IMG/VR virus record: IMGVR_UViG_3300027278_000019
Coordinates: 1 to 42,450 of that record
Direction: 5' to 3' (one strand)
DNA length: 42,450 nucleotides
Source: a virus
Taxonomy: Duplodnaviria > Caudoviricetes
The first letter of the stretch is position 1; the number at the start of each line of letters is the position of its first letter. A model generated the notes under the pieces. It was not told where the DNA came from, searched no databases, and worked only from the letters and a program-made list of their open reading frames with translations. The translations under genes and the position numbers were made by a program. Below are positions 17,120 to 26,580 of the stretch, piece after piece.

Positions 17120-17142
17120 CATAAAGTAAGCGGAGAAAAAAA

Positions 17143-20100
17143 GTGGCTTTTAAGGTTATAAACAACGAAGTAATTACAGACAGTAGCGTATTACAAAATA
17201 CTACTATTGATGAATCCAACGTCTTAAACAATGTGTTTAACGTAACAGACGGCACGACATCGCAACAGATTAACAGGGGCGGTACAGTAACATTTACAGC
17301 GGGTGCTGGTGTTACTATTACACAGTTAAACGGCACAGTTACAATTTCAAGTGACGCAGAAGGTATTGAGGACTTAATCTCTCCGCTACTAGTCCACGCT
17401 AACCACACCTATATTGATGCCACTTATGATGACCTTAACGACCAAGTGCTGTTGGCAGTAAACATTACTACAGACGGTGTTGCTGAAGGAACAAATCTTT
17501 ATTATACAGATGCCAGAGCAGATGCACGTATTGCTCTACAGACTGGAATTTATCTAGACCTGAGTGCCAAAGACACTGACGATTTATCAGAAGGTACTAC
17601 AAATCTTTACTATACTGACGCACGTGTAGATGCCCGTATACCTACAAACGTAAGTGCGTTCACAAACGATGCAGGATACTTAACAAGTTACACAGAAACA
17701 GATCCAATATTCTTAGCAAGTGCAGCCAGCGGTATTGCAGCAGGTGATATTACTAACTGGAATACAGCATATGGTTGGGGAGATCACTCATTAGCTGGAT
17801 ACTTAACAAGTTACACAGATACTAACACGTATTTACAGAGTCTTGGATTCAATACTTCAAATGGTGTATTGACAGCGACACTGACTGATTCTTCAACCGT
17901 CACAGTTGACCTAGATGGTAGATATTCAACTACAGATACCACCTATAGTGCAGGAACTGGTTTATCTCTAACAGGTACAACGTTTGCCAACACAGCACCA
18001 GATCAGACAGTTGTATTGACAGGAAGTGGCGCTACATCAATAAGTGGCACTTATCCAAACTTTACAATTAGTAGTACTGACACAAATACAACTTATACCG
18101 CTGGTAGTGGATTAACACTAGCAGGAACAACATTTAGTCATACTGATACATCAAGTGCTAGCGATTTAACTGCTAGTGCAAGAACATACGTAACAGGTCT
18201 AACTTTTGATACTTTTGGACACGTAACAGGATACAGCACTGGTACTGAAACAGTAGTAGATACAGACACAAATACAACATACAGTATTGGTAGTGAAACT
18301 GCAACAGGCGGCGTTAATTTAAGATTAACTGGAAGCGATGCAACGACTGATGATGTTAAATTTGCTAATGGTTCTAATATAACAATTACTCGAACAGATG
18401 CTAATACAATTACTATTGCAGCGACTGATACTAACACAGATACACTACAAAGTATAGCAAATAATACTGGCGCAGCGGATCGTTTTATAACAATGGTTGC
18501 CAATGCAAGCGGCGCCCAGTCTGGTCTTTCAAATGCTGGTTTAAAATATAATACATCAACACAAAAATTAACATTGGGCGGTGATTTAGCAGTCGCCGGC
18601 GATGCAACTATTAGCGGCAATTTAACAGTATTGGGTACAACTACTACAGTTGATGTTGCAAGTCTTTCAATTACTGATAACTTGATCTATCTAAACAATG
18701 GCGGTACAGCGACTATTACTAATGCTGTTGGTAATGGCACAACTGTAACATACACTGCTGACAATAACTTTAGCACTGGATATACAGTTGATGTAACAGG
18801 TGTAAATCCAAGTGCTTACAACGTTACTGATGCAACTATTACAAGTGCCAACGCAACTAGCTTTACAATCAGTAGCAGTGCTACTGGTACATATGTAAGT
18901 GGTGGTAGTGCAAGAGCGCACACAAATACAAATGTTGACTTAGGTTGGGCAGGCAGCTATACTACTGGAAGTTATGCACACGCTGGTCTATTCCGTGATG
19001 CTTCTGATGGCATATTTAAAGTATTTGACGGTTATACCCCTGAGCCTGATGACGCAGTAGACATTGATACAAGCCACGCAAGTTTTAGCCTAGCAGACAT
19101 GCAAGCCGCTAACTTTATTGGTAGTTTGACAGGAAATGCTGCAACAGCAAGTAAATGGGCAAATGCTAGCACTATTACACTAGGTGGCGATCTAACTGGT
19201 AACGTAAGCATTGATGGCAGTGCAAACGTAACACTTACTGCAACCATTGCAGCAAATAGTGTTGCGCTAGGTACAGATACAACTGGTAACTATGTAGCAG
19301 GATTAACTGCTGGTACTGGCATTGCGGTCACTGGTACTGCTGGTGAAGGTTGGAGCCCAACAGTAACACATAGCAACACAACGAGAACAGACACAACAAG
19401 TGCAGGCACACTAACACACGGCGGTACATTTACTGCCGTTGATAGCATAACATCAAATGCCCTAGGTCACGTTACTGCTATTAATGTTAAAACATTGACA
19501 ATGCCTTCAGATACTAATACAACATACAGTATTAGTAGTGAAACTGTAGCTGGCGGCGCAAATTTACGACTAACAGGAAGCGATTCGTCAACTGACGATG
19601 TTAAAATTGCCAGTGGTACAAACGTAACCGTAACACGTACTGATGCAAATACTATCACAATTAGTAGTACTGATACAAACACAACCTATAGTGCAGGAAC
19701 TGGTTTATCTCTAACAGGTACAGTTTTTGCTAACACAGCACCAGATCAGACAGTCGTATTGACAGGAAGTGGTGCTACATCAGTAAGTGGTACATATCCA
19801 AACTTTACAATCAGTAGTACTGATACAAATACCGTATACACGCTACCTGCTGCGACATCAACAGTACGCGGCGGCATTGAGTTGTTCAGTGACACTGTTC
19901 AATCAGTAGCAGCAACCGCAGTAAGTGCTACAGCAAGTAGAACATACGGTGTACAGGTAAACTCAAGTGGACAAGCAGTAGTTAACGTGCCATGGAGTGA
20001 TACAAACACAACTTACACCGCAGGAACTGGCTTAACACTATCTGGTACACAATTCATTAACGCAGCACCAGATCAAACTGTTACACTAACAGGAAGTGGG

Positions 20101-21600
20101 GCTACATCAGTAAGTGGTACATATCCAAACTTTACAATCAGTAGTACTGATACAAATACAACATATGGCGCAGCTACAAGTACAGTACTTGGTCTAATTA
20201 AACTAGAAGACGCCACAGTTCAATCAGTTGCAGCAACCGCAGTAAGTGCTACAGCAGGTAGAACATATGGCGTACAAGTAAACAGTGCAGGTCAAGCAGT
20301 TGTTAACGTACCTTGGGTTGACACAAACACAACTTATGGCGTAGCTACTACAAGTGCAAATGGTCTGATGTCTTCAACAGACAAGAGCAAGCTAGATGGT
20401 ATCGAGTCAGGGGCAACTGGTGACCAGACTGCGGCTGAAATCCTGACTGCAATCAAGACTGTGGATGGTGCAGGTTCCGGCCTTGACGCCGACCTGTTGG
20501 ATGGCTTAAGCAGCGCATCTTTCTTGCGGGCTGATGCGAACACTGCGACCACAGGATATTTACAAGCAGAAGGGTTTGTGAACACTGCTGGAGGATCACT
20601 TTCTATCTTCAACCCTCAAGGCGCAAGCTATGCGACCACCACCACCACGGTAACTGGCGCTATCAAAATCACTTTGCCGCAATCATGGACCAATACCATG
20701 ATGCGAATGACTATTCGTATTTACGAATATGCAACAAATGAAGCGTTTGAGGTTGTTTGTGGTGGCTATAACTATTCGCCAAGTGCAACTTGGGCCAATA
20801 GTCCGTTTGCTTATATCATCGGATCGCCAAATGTGAACCGCAACTTCACTGTGCGTCTTGGGCATGATGGCACATATTGCTGCGTTTACATCGGTGAAAC
20901 AACAAGCACTTGGTCTTATCCACAGGTTGCAGTAACGCATTTTGTTGCTGGTTATAGCAATTACGATGCGGACCAATGGAACGACAACTGGGCTGTTGGT
21001 TTTGCAACGACACTTGGGACAATCACAGCCACGATTACCAACTCTGAGATTGGCCGTTATTTGGACGGTAACGTGGTTTGGCATGGCGGTAACGATGGCG
21101 CTGGATCAGGCCTAGACGCTGATACACTTGACGGCGTACAAGGTGCTAGTTTCTTACGCAGCGATGCAACTGATACCGCGAGCGGTGTTATTACATTCAG
21201 TAATGCCACAGCATCAACATCAACAACTACTGGCGCAGTGAAGATTACTGGCGGATTAGGTGTTGGCGGAGCAATTTATGCCGGCGGTGATGTTACAGCT
21301 TATTCAGACGAACGACTAAAAGACAACATTGAAACAATCACAAATGCAGTAAATAAAGTTGACCAACTACGTGGTGTTACATATACACGTAAAGAAGATG
21401 GCATTGCTTCAACTGGTGTTATTGCGCAAGATGTGGAAAAAGTTCTACCACAGGCAGTAACAACTGATGAAGATGGTATGAAGGCCGTTAAGTATGGCAA
21501 CATGGTTGGTTTGTTGATTGAAGCAATTAAAGAACAAACTGAAACAATTAAGGGTATGCAAGCAGAGATTGCTGAACTTAAGGCTAGACTTAACAACTAA
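17143..21600 (+). CDS. Long Thr/Ser/Gly-rich tail fibre with peptidase S74 chaperone (GTG start, 1485 aa)
   Basis: GGAG RBS; modules joined by DTNTTY linkers; two GSGLDAD(L/T)LDG motifs; C-terminal YSDERLKDNI S74 domain. Confidence 0.85.
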   Translation: MAFKVINNEVITDSSVLQNTTIDESNVLNNVFNVTDGTTSQQINRGGTVTFTAGAGVTITQLNGTVTISSDAEGIEDLISPLLVHANHTYIDATYDDLNDQVLLAVNITTDGVAEGTNLYYTDARADARIALQTGIYLDLSAKDTDDLSEGTTNLYYTDARVDARIPTNVSAFTNDAGYLTSYTETDPIFLASAASGIAAGDITNWNTAYGWGDHSLAGYLTSYTDTNTYLQSLGFNTSNGVLTATLTDSSTVTVDLDGRYSTTDTTYSAGTGLSLTGTTFANTAPDQTVVLTGSGATSISGTYPNFTISSTDTNTTYTAGSGLTLAGTTFSHTDTSSASDLTASARTYVTGLTFDTFGHVTGYSTGTETVVDTDTNTTYSIGSETATGGVNLRLTGSDATTDDVKFANGSNITITRTDANTITIAATDTNTDTLQSIANNTGAADRFITMVANASGAQSGLSNAGLKYNTSTQKLTLGGDLAVAGDATISGNLTVLGTTTTVDVASLSITDNLIYLNNGGTATITNAVGNGTTVTYTADNNFSTGYTVDVTGVNPSAYNVTDATITSANATSFTISSSATGTYVSGGSARAHTNTNVDLGWAGSYTTGSYAHAGLFRDASDGIFKVFDGYTPEPDDAVDIDTSHASFSLADMQAANFIGSLTGNAATASKWANASTITLGGDLTGNVSIDGSANVTLTATIAANSVALGTDTTGNYVAGLTAGTGIAVTGTAGEGWSPTVTHSNTTRTDTTSAGTLTHGGTFTAVDSITSNALGHVTAINVKTLTMPSDTNTTYSISSETVAGGANLRLTGSDSSTDDVKIASGTNVTVTRTDANTITISSTDTNTTYSAGTGLSLTGTVFANTAPDQTVVLTGSGATSVSGTYPNFTISSTDTNTVYTLPAATSTVRGGIELFSDTVQSVAATAVSATASRTYGVQVNSSGQAVVNVPWSDTNTTYTAGTGLTLSGTQFINAAPDQTVTLTGSGATSVSGTYPNFTISSTDTNTTYGAATSTVLGLIKLEDATVQSVAATAVSATAGRTYGVQVNSAGQAVVNVPWVDTNTTYGVATTSANGLMSSTDKSKLDGIESGATGDQTAAEILTAIKTVDGAGSGLDADLLDGLSSASFLRADANTATTGYLQAEGFVNTAGGSLSIFNPQGASYATTTTTVTGAIKITLPQSWTNTMMRMTIRIYEYATNEAFEVVCGGYNYSPSATWANSPFAYIIGSPNVNRNFTVRLGHDGTYCCVYIGETTSTWSYPQVAVTHFVAGYSNYDADQWNDNWAVGFATTLGTITATITNSEIGRYLDGNVVWHGGNDGAGSGLDADTLDGVQGASFLRSDATDTASGVITFSNATASTSTTTGAVKITGGLGVGGAIYAGGDVTAYSDERLKDNIETITNAVNKVDQLRGVTYTRKEDGIASTGVIAQDVEKVLPQAVTTDEDGMKAVKYGNMVGLLIEAIKEQTETIKGMQAEIAELKARLNN
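17941..20340 (+). repeat. Dispersed intragenic module duplications
   Basis: TY(S/T)AGTGL..APDQTV.LTGSGATS.SGTYPNFTISSTDTNT three times (~17941, ~19684, ~20011); SET..GG.NLRLTGSD twice; VQSVAATAVSATA.RTYGVQVN twice. Confidence 0.8.
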
Positions 21601-21622
21601 GTTATAGTATAGTCAAAAAAAA

Positions 21623-21630
21623 CATAAATA
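21623..21630 (+). promoter_or_regulatory. Late promoter (CATAAATA)
   Basis: Late motif, intergenic. Confidence 0.6.
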
Positions 21631-21687
21631 CAACAGTATGCAGAATTGCATACTTTTAACGTTAAAAGTAATGAGGAGTCTCATAAT

Positions 21688-21873
21688 ATGGCATTACCAG
21701 CAACAGGTGCGACAATTTCAATGGGTCAGGTTCGTGACTATTTTAGTTTGTCAGGCACCGTGACTCTATACCAGTTAGGTACTTTTATTTCGCCAAGTGT
21801 AACAACAAATATTTCTTTGTCAGCAACATTTGGCGGATGGCAGAACCCTAACTCAACAGGTGCAAGTCCATAA
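21688..21873 (+). CDS. Small fibre-associated protein (61 aa, MALPATGATISM...)
   Basis: GAGGAG RBS favours ATG at 21688 over the track's TTG at 21646; the MALP..G.IS N-terminus resembles small proteins seen downstream of S74 fibres. Confidence 0.6.
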   Translation: MALPATGATISMGQVRDYFSLSGTVTLYQLGTFISPSVTTNISLSATFGGWQNPNSTGASP

Positions 21874-21905
21874 GCAATGATTTAAGAGCGTTGTCTTCGT
21901 TAATG

Positions 21906-21936
21906 TTGACAACGTTCTTCTTTCATAATATAAATA
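21906..21936 (+). promoter_or_regulatory. Late promoter TATAAATA (21929-21936), with TTGACA 17 bp upstream (possible dual promoter)
   Basis: TTGACA 21906-21911, 17-bp spacer, TATAAA; the -35 box lies in an inverted repeat (GCGTTGTC/GACAACGT). Confidence 0.55.
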
Positions 21937-21975
21937 AAATTACAAAAAAACTCAATAAATTCACAGGAGAAAAAT

Positions 21976-22392
21976 ATGAGTATTAGAACACGATTTGAAA
22001 TCGAGACATTTCTATTAGGCGCACATCCTACTAAATCTCGTCAAGCAAAACAACTATTAAGCGAACTAGAACAAGCAAAAGCACACAATCATCCAGATCT
22101 TCCAGTACTAGAAGCAGTATACGCAGACTTCGCAGCATCAAACGATGTTGACTCATTATTGACTTCAATTGAAGTAGAAGAAGAAGAATACTGGGTTAAG
22201 CGGTTAGCAAAGCTAGCAGCAATTGATATTTTAACAATTGGTAAGGTGCAGCCAGAACATATGAACTATATGGCAGCACTAAGTGATGAAGCATTCGCTG
22301 CATGTGTTAAGAGTGCTTCACTGATGGCTAAAACAATGAACGAACAAGTTCGTGAAATTGAAGCAGAACTAAGCTCAGAACTTTCAGAATAA
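21976..22392 (+). CDS. Hypothetical protein
   Basis: AGGAG RBS, 138-aa helical-looking ORF. Confidence 0.75.
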   Translation: MSIRTRFEIETFLLGAHPTKSRQAKQLLSELEQAKAHNHPDLPVLEAVYADFAASNDVDSLLTSIEVEEEEYWVKRLAKLAAIDILTIGKVQPEHMNYMAALSDEAFAACVKSASLMAKTMNEQVREIEAELSSELSE

Positions 22393-22400
22393 GTTAAAAC

Positions 22401-23048
22401 ATGGTATCGATACCAAACTATCTATACCGTGCAGATAAGAATGCGCGAGTTGCGATATGCGTTCCTGTGCGTGACTACGTGACTGCCGCGTTTTCTTTCA
22501 GTCTCGCTATGCTCTTAAAAAAGTGTGGCGAGACTGATCGTAAAACATCATTACATATGGTAATGGGCAGTGAGATAGCAAGTCAACGACAGCAACTAGC
22601 AACTGAAGCATTGTCTACGAAATGCACCCATATTCTTTGGCTAGACAGCGATATGCGTTTTCCCAATATTACCTTGGAAGCACTGTTATCACATGATAAA
22701 GATATTGTTGCGTGTAATTACAGCACACGTGTAGAGCCACATATACCTGTAGCATTTACTAGTAAACATGACATGGGCGAAAGACTGAGTGCAGACGTAG
22801 GGTTAAATAAAGTAGCAGCCGTTGGAATGGGTTGCATGTTAGTAAAACGCAATGTTTTTGAAAGCATGTCACTACCTTACTTTGGCGTTGAATGGAATCA
22901 AGACTATACGAGTTTGATTGGTGAAGATTTGTATTTTGCTAACAAAGCAGATCTTGCTGGATATGATATTTGGATTGATTCAGATTTAAGTAATAGAATT
23001 GCTCACATAGGAACAAGAGCATACACATTAGAGGGTGATTGTATATGA
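22401..23048 (+). CDS. Glycosyltransferase family 2-like protein
   Basis: VAICVP N-terminal strand, ILWLDSD (DxD), VGMGCMLV and GEDLYF motifs of the GT-A fold. Confidence 0.75.
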   Translation: MVSIPNYLYRADKNARVAICVPVRDYVTAAFSFSLAMLLKKCGETDRKTSLHMVMGSEIASQRQQLATEALSTKCTHILWLDSDMRFPNITLEALLSHDKDIVACNYSTRVEPHIPVAFTSKHDMGERLSADVGLNKVAAVGMGCMLVKRNVFESMSLPYFGVEWNQDYTSLIGEDLYFANKADLAGYDIWIDSDLSNRIAHIGTRAYTLEGDCI

Positions 23049-24142
23049 TTAATTTAGAGAGATCAGCATTATTTGACTACAAAGGTCAAAGCGTAATCAC
23101 ACCTTGGGATAGATTAAAAAAGCACATTTTTCAGTCATATCCAATACACGTAACAGATCATATACGTACAGCAGATCAATTATTGCAAGCCGCCCGTGAA
23201 TATGAAGATAAATCTGATATGGTATGGATAGTTAATAATAATATTAAAACGGCAGACGATTTTCCATGGCATTATCGTCCTAGTGATATTGGTAAAAGTT
23301 TTATTCACGAATTCCCAAGAGTGACAAGAAGAAGTAAGCGTCCAATGCTTTGGGGAGATGTGCGGCTAGTGCCAACAGGTGGCGTAGCACACGGCACAAT
23401 TAAAAATAAAATTATTGCTACATATCATGAAGCAGACTTTGACATTGTTATGTTGAGCTATCATGAAAGTGAAGCAGACGCAAACTATATAAGACTGAAG
23501 ACACGGTTTCCTGATATTAAACACGTTAAAAACGTTAAGGGTATTGCGGAAGCACACCGCGAAGCAGCACGTGTTTCTGAAACTGAAATGGTTTGGATTA
23601 TTGACGCAGATGCTGATATCTTAGACCATTTCTGCTTTGATTACATCCCGCCAATGGCAAATCGTAAGAATACAACGTACAGTTGGTTTGCACATAACCC
23701 AGTAAACGGCTTAGAATATGGATATGGCGGCATTAAACTATTTCCACGTGAACAACTATTAGAGATGGGTCATGAACTACCAGATTTTAGTACTGGCGCA
23801 GCATTTTACCAACCTGTTCGCGATGTTGCTAACATTACAAGTTTTAACAAAGACCCATTCCGCACGTGGCGCAGTGCCTTCCGCGAATGTGTTAAGTTAG
23901 CAAGTAAGATCAATCCTAACCAAAAGGATGGTGAAACCAATGAACGACTAGAAATCTGGTGTACGGTTGATAACGGCGCACGTTTTGGACGTTACTGTGT
24001 TAAGGGTGCTAATGAAGGTCGTGAATATGGTATCGCAAACAAGGACGATGTCGCGGCACTAAACAAAATTAACGACTTTGAATGGTTGCGCGAACGCTTT
24101 GTTGAAAGCATGAAACAGCGTACTATTAGAACAGACGATTAA
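23045..24142 (+). CDS. Glycosyltransferase-like protein (duplicated GT-A-like domain)
   Basis: ATGA overlap with the upstream gene; MVWIIDADA DxD motif, a degenerate N-terminal copy (MVWIVNNN), YGYGGIKLFP. Confidence 0.6.
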   Translation: MINLERSALFDYKGQSVITPWDRLKKHIFQSYPIHVTDHIRTADQLLQAAREYEDKSDMVWIVNNNIKTADDFPWHYRPSDIGKSFIHEFPRVTRRSKRPMLWGDVRLVPTGGVAHGTIKNKIIATYHEADFDIVMLSYHESEADANYIRLKTRFPDIKHVKNVKGIAEAHREAARVSETEMVWIIDADADILDHFCFDYIPPMANRKNTTYSWFAHNPVNGLEYGYGGIKLFPREQLLEMGHELPDFSTGAAFYQPVRDVANITSFNKDPFRTWRSAFRECVKLASKINPNQKDGETNERLEIWCTVDNGARFGRYCVKGANEGREYGIANKDDVAALNKINDFEWLRERFVESMKQRTIRTDD

Positions 24143-24591
24143 TTAAAACTATCTAACCAATTAGAACCATCCGCAGCGCAGTTGTTGTGGATGGTTTTTA
24201 TTTTCTTTATAATATCTTTATTGAATAATTGTGCCTTTACGCCAGGGTGCAGTGGACGCGGCCAGTTTCCAATCTTAACCCAACAAAAACCATCGCTTTC
24301 ATTATTCAACACAGGTACAAATTCTTCGTAGACTGCGACAACAAAAGTATTATAGGTAAACTTTTTATCAGGACTGGTAAACTTATTCAGCGGATAAACC
24401 TTTTCTACTCCAGGAAGTAGTCCTATTTCTTCTTCTAGTTCACGTAATAATGTTTGTATAGGACGTTCAGACTCTTCGCCCTTGCCGCCAAAGAAACCCC
24501 AAGTACGCGGATGGCTAGATTCATTACTGCGTTGTTGTAACATCACTCTTCCAGTATCAACCGCTAGGAACACGCATCCACTAGCTTGCAT
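24139..24591 (-). CDS. Nudix hydrolase
   Basis: Nudix box GGKGEESERPIQTLLRELEEEIG. Confidence 0.9.
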   Translation of the reverse strand: MQASGCVFLAVDTGRVMLQQRSNESSHPRTWGFFGGKGEESERPIQTLLRELEEEIGLLPGVEKVYPLNKFTSPDKKFTYNTFVVAVYEEFVPVLNNESDGFCWVKIGNWPRPLHPGVKAQLFNKDIIKKIKTIHNNCAADGSNWLDSFN

Positions 24592-25225
24592 TAAAATCTC
24601 CAGGAGATAAATTATTATGTACTAGATACACGATGTCAGACCAAGTTATTGATCCATTTGATCTATTTAATGGCAGGAACCAAAATGGATATACGTGCGA
24701 TTGGGTGTTTGGAACACGCAAATAGCTATCAACATCTTGCTTAACCCAAAACAATGTTTTCATTTCTTCCAATAATAATCTAGTATGATGATTTGGTATA
24801 CTTCTTGCATGTATTTTGTATAAACTATCATCTATTACGATGGTAGTGTCTGGATTAATCTGTAAGTTATTATTCGAATTGAAAGAAAAAAATTCATTTC
24901 TCTTTAATTGAATATCATTGTTTCTTGGATTAACAACAAAGCTAACATTGTACCCTGGTTTTTTATAATTTACAGATGTTTTATTAACAATAATTTTTTT
25001 GATATTTGGATAATCAAATTGCATTATTCTAATATGTTCTTCTATCAGGTGTATATTAAAAAAGCTAACCTCTACATATACAACGTCTACCGTAGGCAAC
25101 ACGCTATCCAACCATGTTTGGCTTTCTTCATACCCGCCCTTCTTTCTGTGTAACATCTCATGTATACACATGTGACCGTCATAACGAATATTAATCAATC
25201 CTTCATCATCAATCCATGTTGACAT
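24581..25225 (-). CDS. Hypothetical AT-rich protein
   Basis: GGAGGA RBS and TAATG coupling to the upstream stop favour a start at 25225 (MSTWIDD). Confidence 0.65.
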   Translation of the reverse strand: MSTWIDDEGLINIRYDGHMCIHEMLHRKKGGYEESQTWLDSVLPTVDVVYVEVSFFNIHLIEEHIRIMQFDYPNIKKIIVNKTSVNYKKPGYNVSFVVNPRNNDIQLKRNEFFSFNSNNNLQINPDTTIVIDDSLYKIHARSIPNHHTRLLLEEMKTLFWVKQDVDSYLRVPNTQSHVYPFWFLPLNRSNGSITWSDIVYLVHNNLSPGDFNAS

Positions 25226-26580
25226 TATAAGTATATCCTCCAATATCCAGCTTTGTAGATACCTTCGTAGCTATTAAACCAATCTGTTCCATTCCATTCT
25301 AGTTGATCTCCTGATGCAGTGTTATAAACATAGTGTTGCGTTGTTATACTTGAAGCATCGAAAATAATAATCCAACCGCTGCCGTTGTATTGTATAATGT
25401 CATTCACTTTTCCATCCACTACTCCCCAAACGCCACCTATTGGCATGTCGCTTTGTAGTAGATAGCTTTGCCCTGCCTCTGCTACTGGAACAACCCCATC
25501 ACCTGGAAAATTCTTAGCAGGGTTAATAACACCTGAAATTGCAGGAAGTGTGTTCGCAGGAAGGGTGTCAACGTCAATATCAACTATTAAGGCATTTGCA
25601 TCACTTGGATGATAACTCAAGCGACCTATAATATCATTTTCAGTATCGCCTGGATTATTTGATTTGCGTAATCGTATTTGACTAATACCCTCACGCAATG
25701 CACCAAACGGTATCAGTGCATTTTTCCATTCAAGAGTGTTTCCATCTACATCAGTTGTTCCGCCTGCACTGTTTAGCAGGTATGCGTTTCCGTCAATATA
25801 GCGAAGTTTACGATCTTCAAAAGTAACAATTGTGTATTGCAATGACGATGTATCAAATGGTTCTTGATTTCTAAATGCATCTAAATCAGCATCATCCAAA
25901 CTATACAATTGATTAAGCACAGTATGAATAAGTTTTTGTCGTTTTACTTTTGCAGGAGGATTGATCCAAATTGGCATTTCAAATGTAAGTGTAGCAACAT
26001 CAACAATGTCATCTATATTACTGCCAACGCTACGACTACTCCAAACAGTATTTGTCATTTCAACATATGCAAGACGTGACCAGTCAAGTCCATTGCTGGT
26101 TGTCTGAATATTTAGTGTTGGGTTGAACAGTACTAGTATCTGCTCAAGTAATTGTAATTTTTGATCTGTATTACTTGTCCATATATCGCAATTCATTGTT
26201 AGCTTGTATGGTACTGGCATATGACGTTCAACAGTGTAGGTTCTGCCTACTTCGTTTAAATATTCACCAGTTGCAGCATCTATTTTCTTTTCATGGACTG
26301 GCACTTTTTCGACATGATCTTGATCCATGCGATAACTGGCGTTCATGTCTAGACTTGTCACATAGCAACTTACAAATGGGACAGTGTTAGTGATGTTTTC
26401 ACTGTTTTCACGCTGAATGTGTGCAGCCATACGGCTAATATCACCATAACGAACAGGCACTTTTTGAAAAATAGGAAACCTATCCTCGCCTACTCCCATC
26501 TGAACACTGAATCCACTGAACAAGCGAATAAACTGTTGTATATATCTGCGTATTTGTTTATCGTAAAAGTAATCTGCCAT
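25225..26580 (-). CDS. T4 gp15-like tail sheath stabilisation/terminator protein with C-terminal extension
   Basis: YFYDKQIRRYI.QF..LFS, KVPVRYG, MPVPYKL and QLLEQILVLFNP motifs typical of the gp15 family. Confidence 0.75.
   Translation of the reverse strand: MADYFYDKQIRRYIQQFIRLFSGFSVQMGVGEDRFPIFQKVPVRYGDISRMAAHIQRENSENITNTVPFVSCYVTSLDMNASYRMDQDHVEKVPVHEKKIDAATGEYLNEVGRTYTVERHMPVPYKLTMNCDIWTSNTDQKLQLLEQILVLFNPTLNIQTTSNGLDWSRLAYVEMTNTVWSSRSVGSNIDDIVDVATLTFEMPIWINPPAKVKRQKLIHTVLNQLYSLDDADLDAFRNQEPFDTSSLQYTIVTFEDRKLRYIDGNAYLLNSAGGTTDVDGNTLEWKNALIPFGALREGISQIRLRKSNNPGDTENDIIGRLSYHPSDANALIVDIDVDTLPANTLPAISGVINPAKNFPGDGVVPVAEAGQSYLLQSDMPIGGVWGVVDGKVNDIIQYNGSGWIIIFDASSITTQHYVYNTASGDQLEWNGTDWFNSYEGIYKAGYWRIYL

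Noticed and set aside
14244-21600. Diversity-generating retroelement or invertase shufflon acting on fibre tips
   Set aside because: No reverse transcriptase or recombinase in the window, no template/variable repeat pair differing only at adenines, and no inverted cassettes seen.
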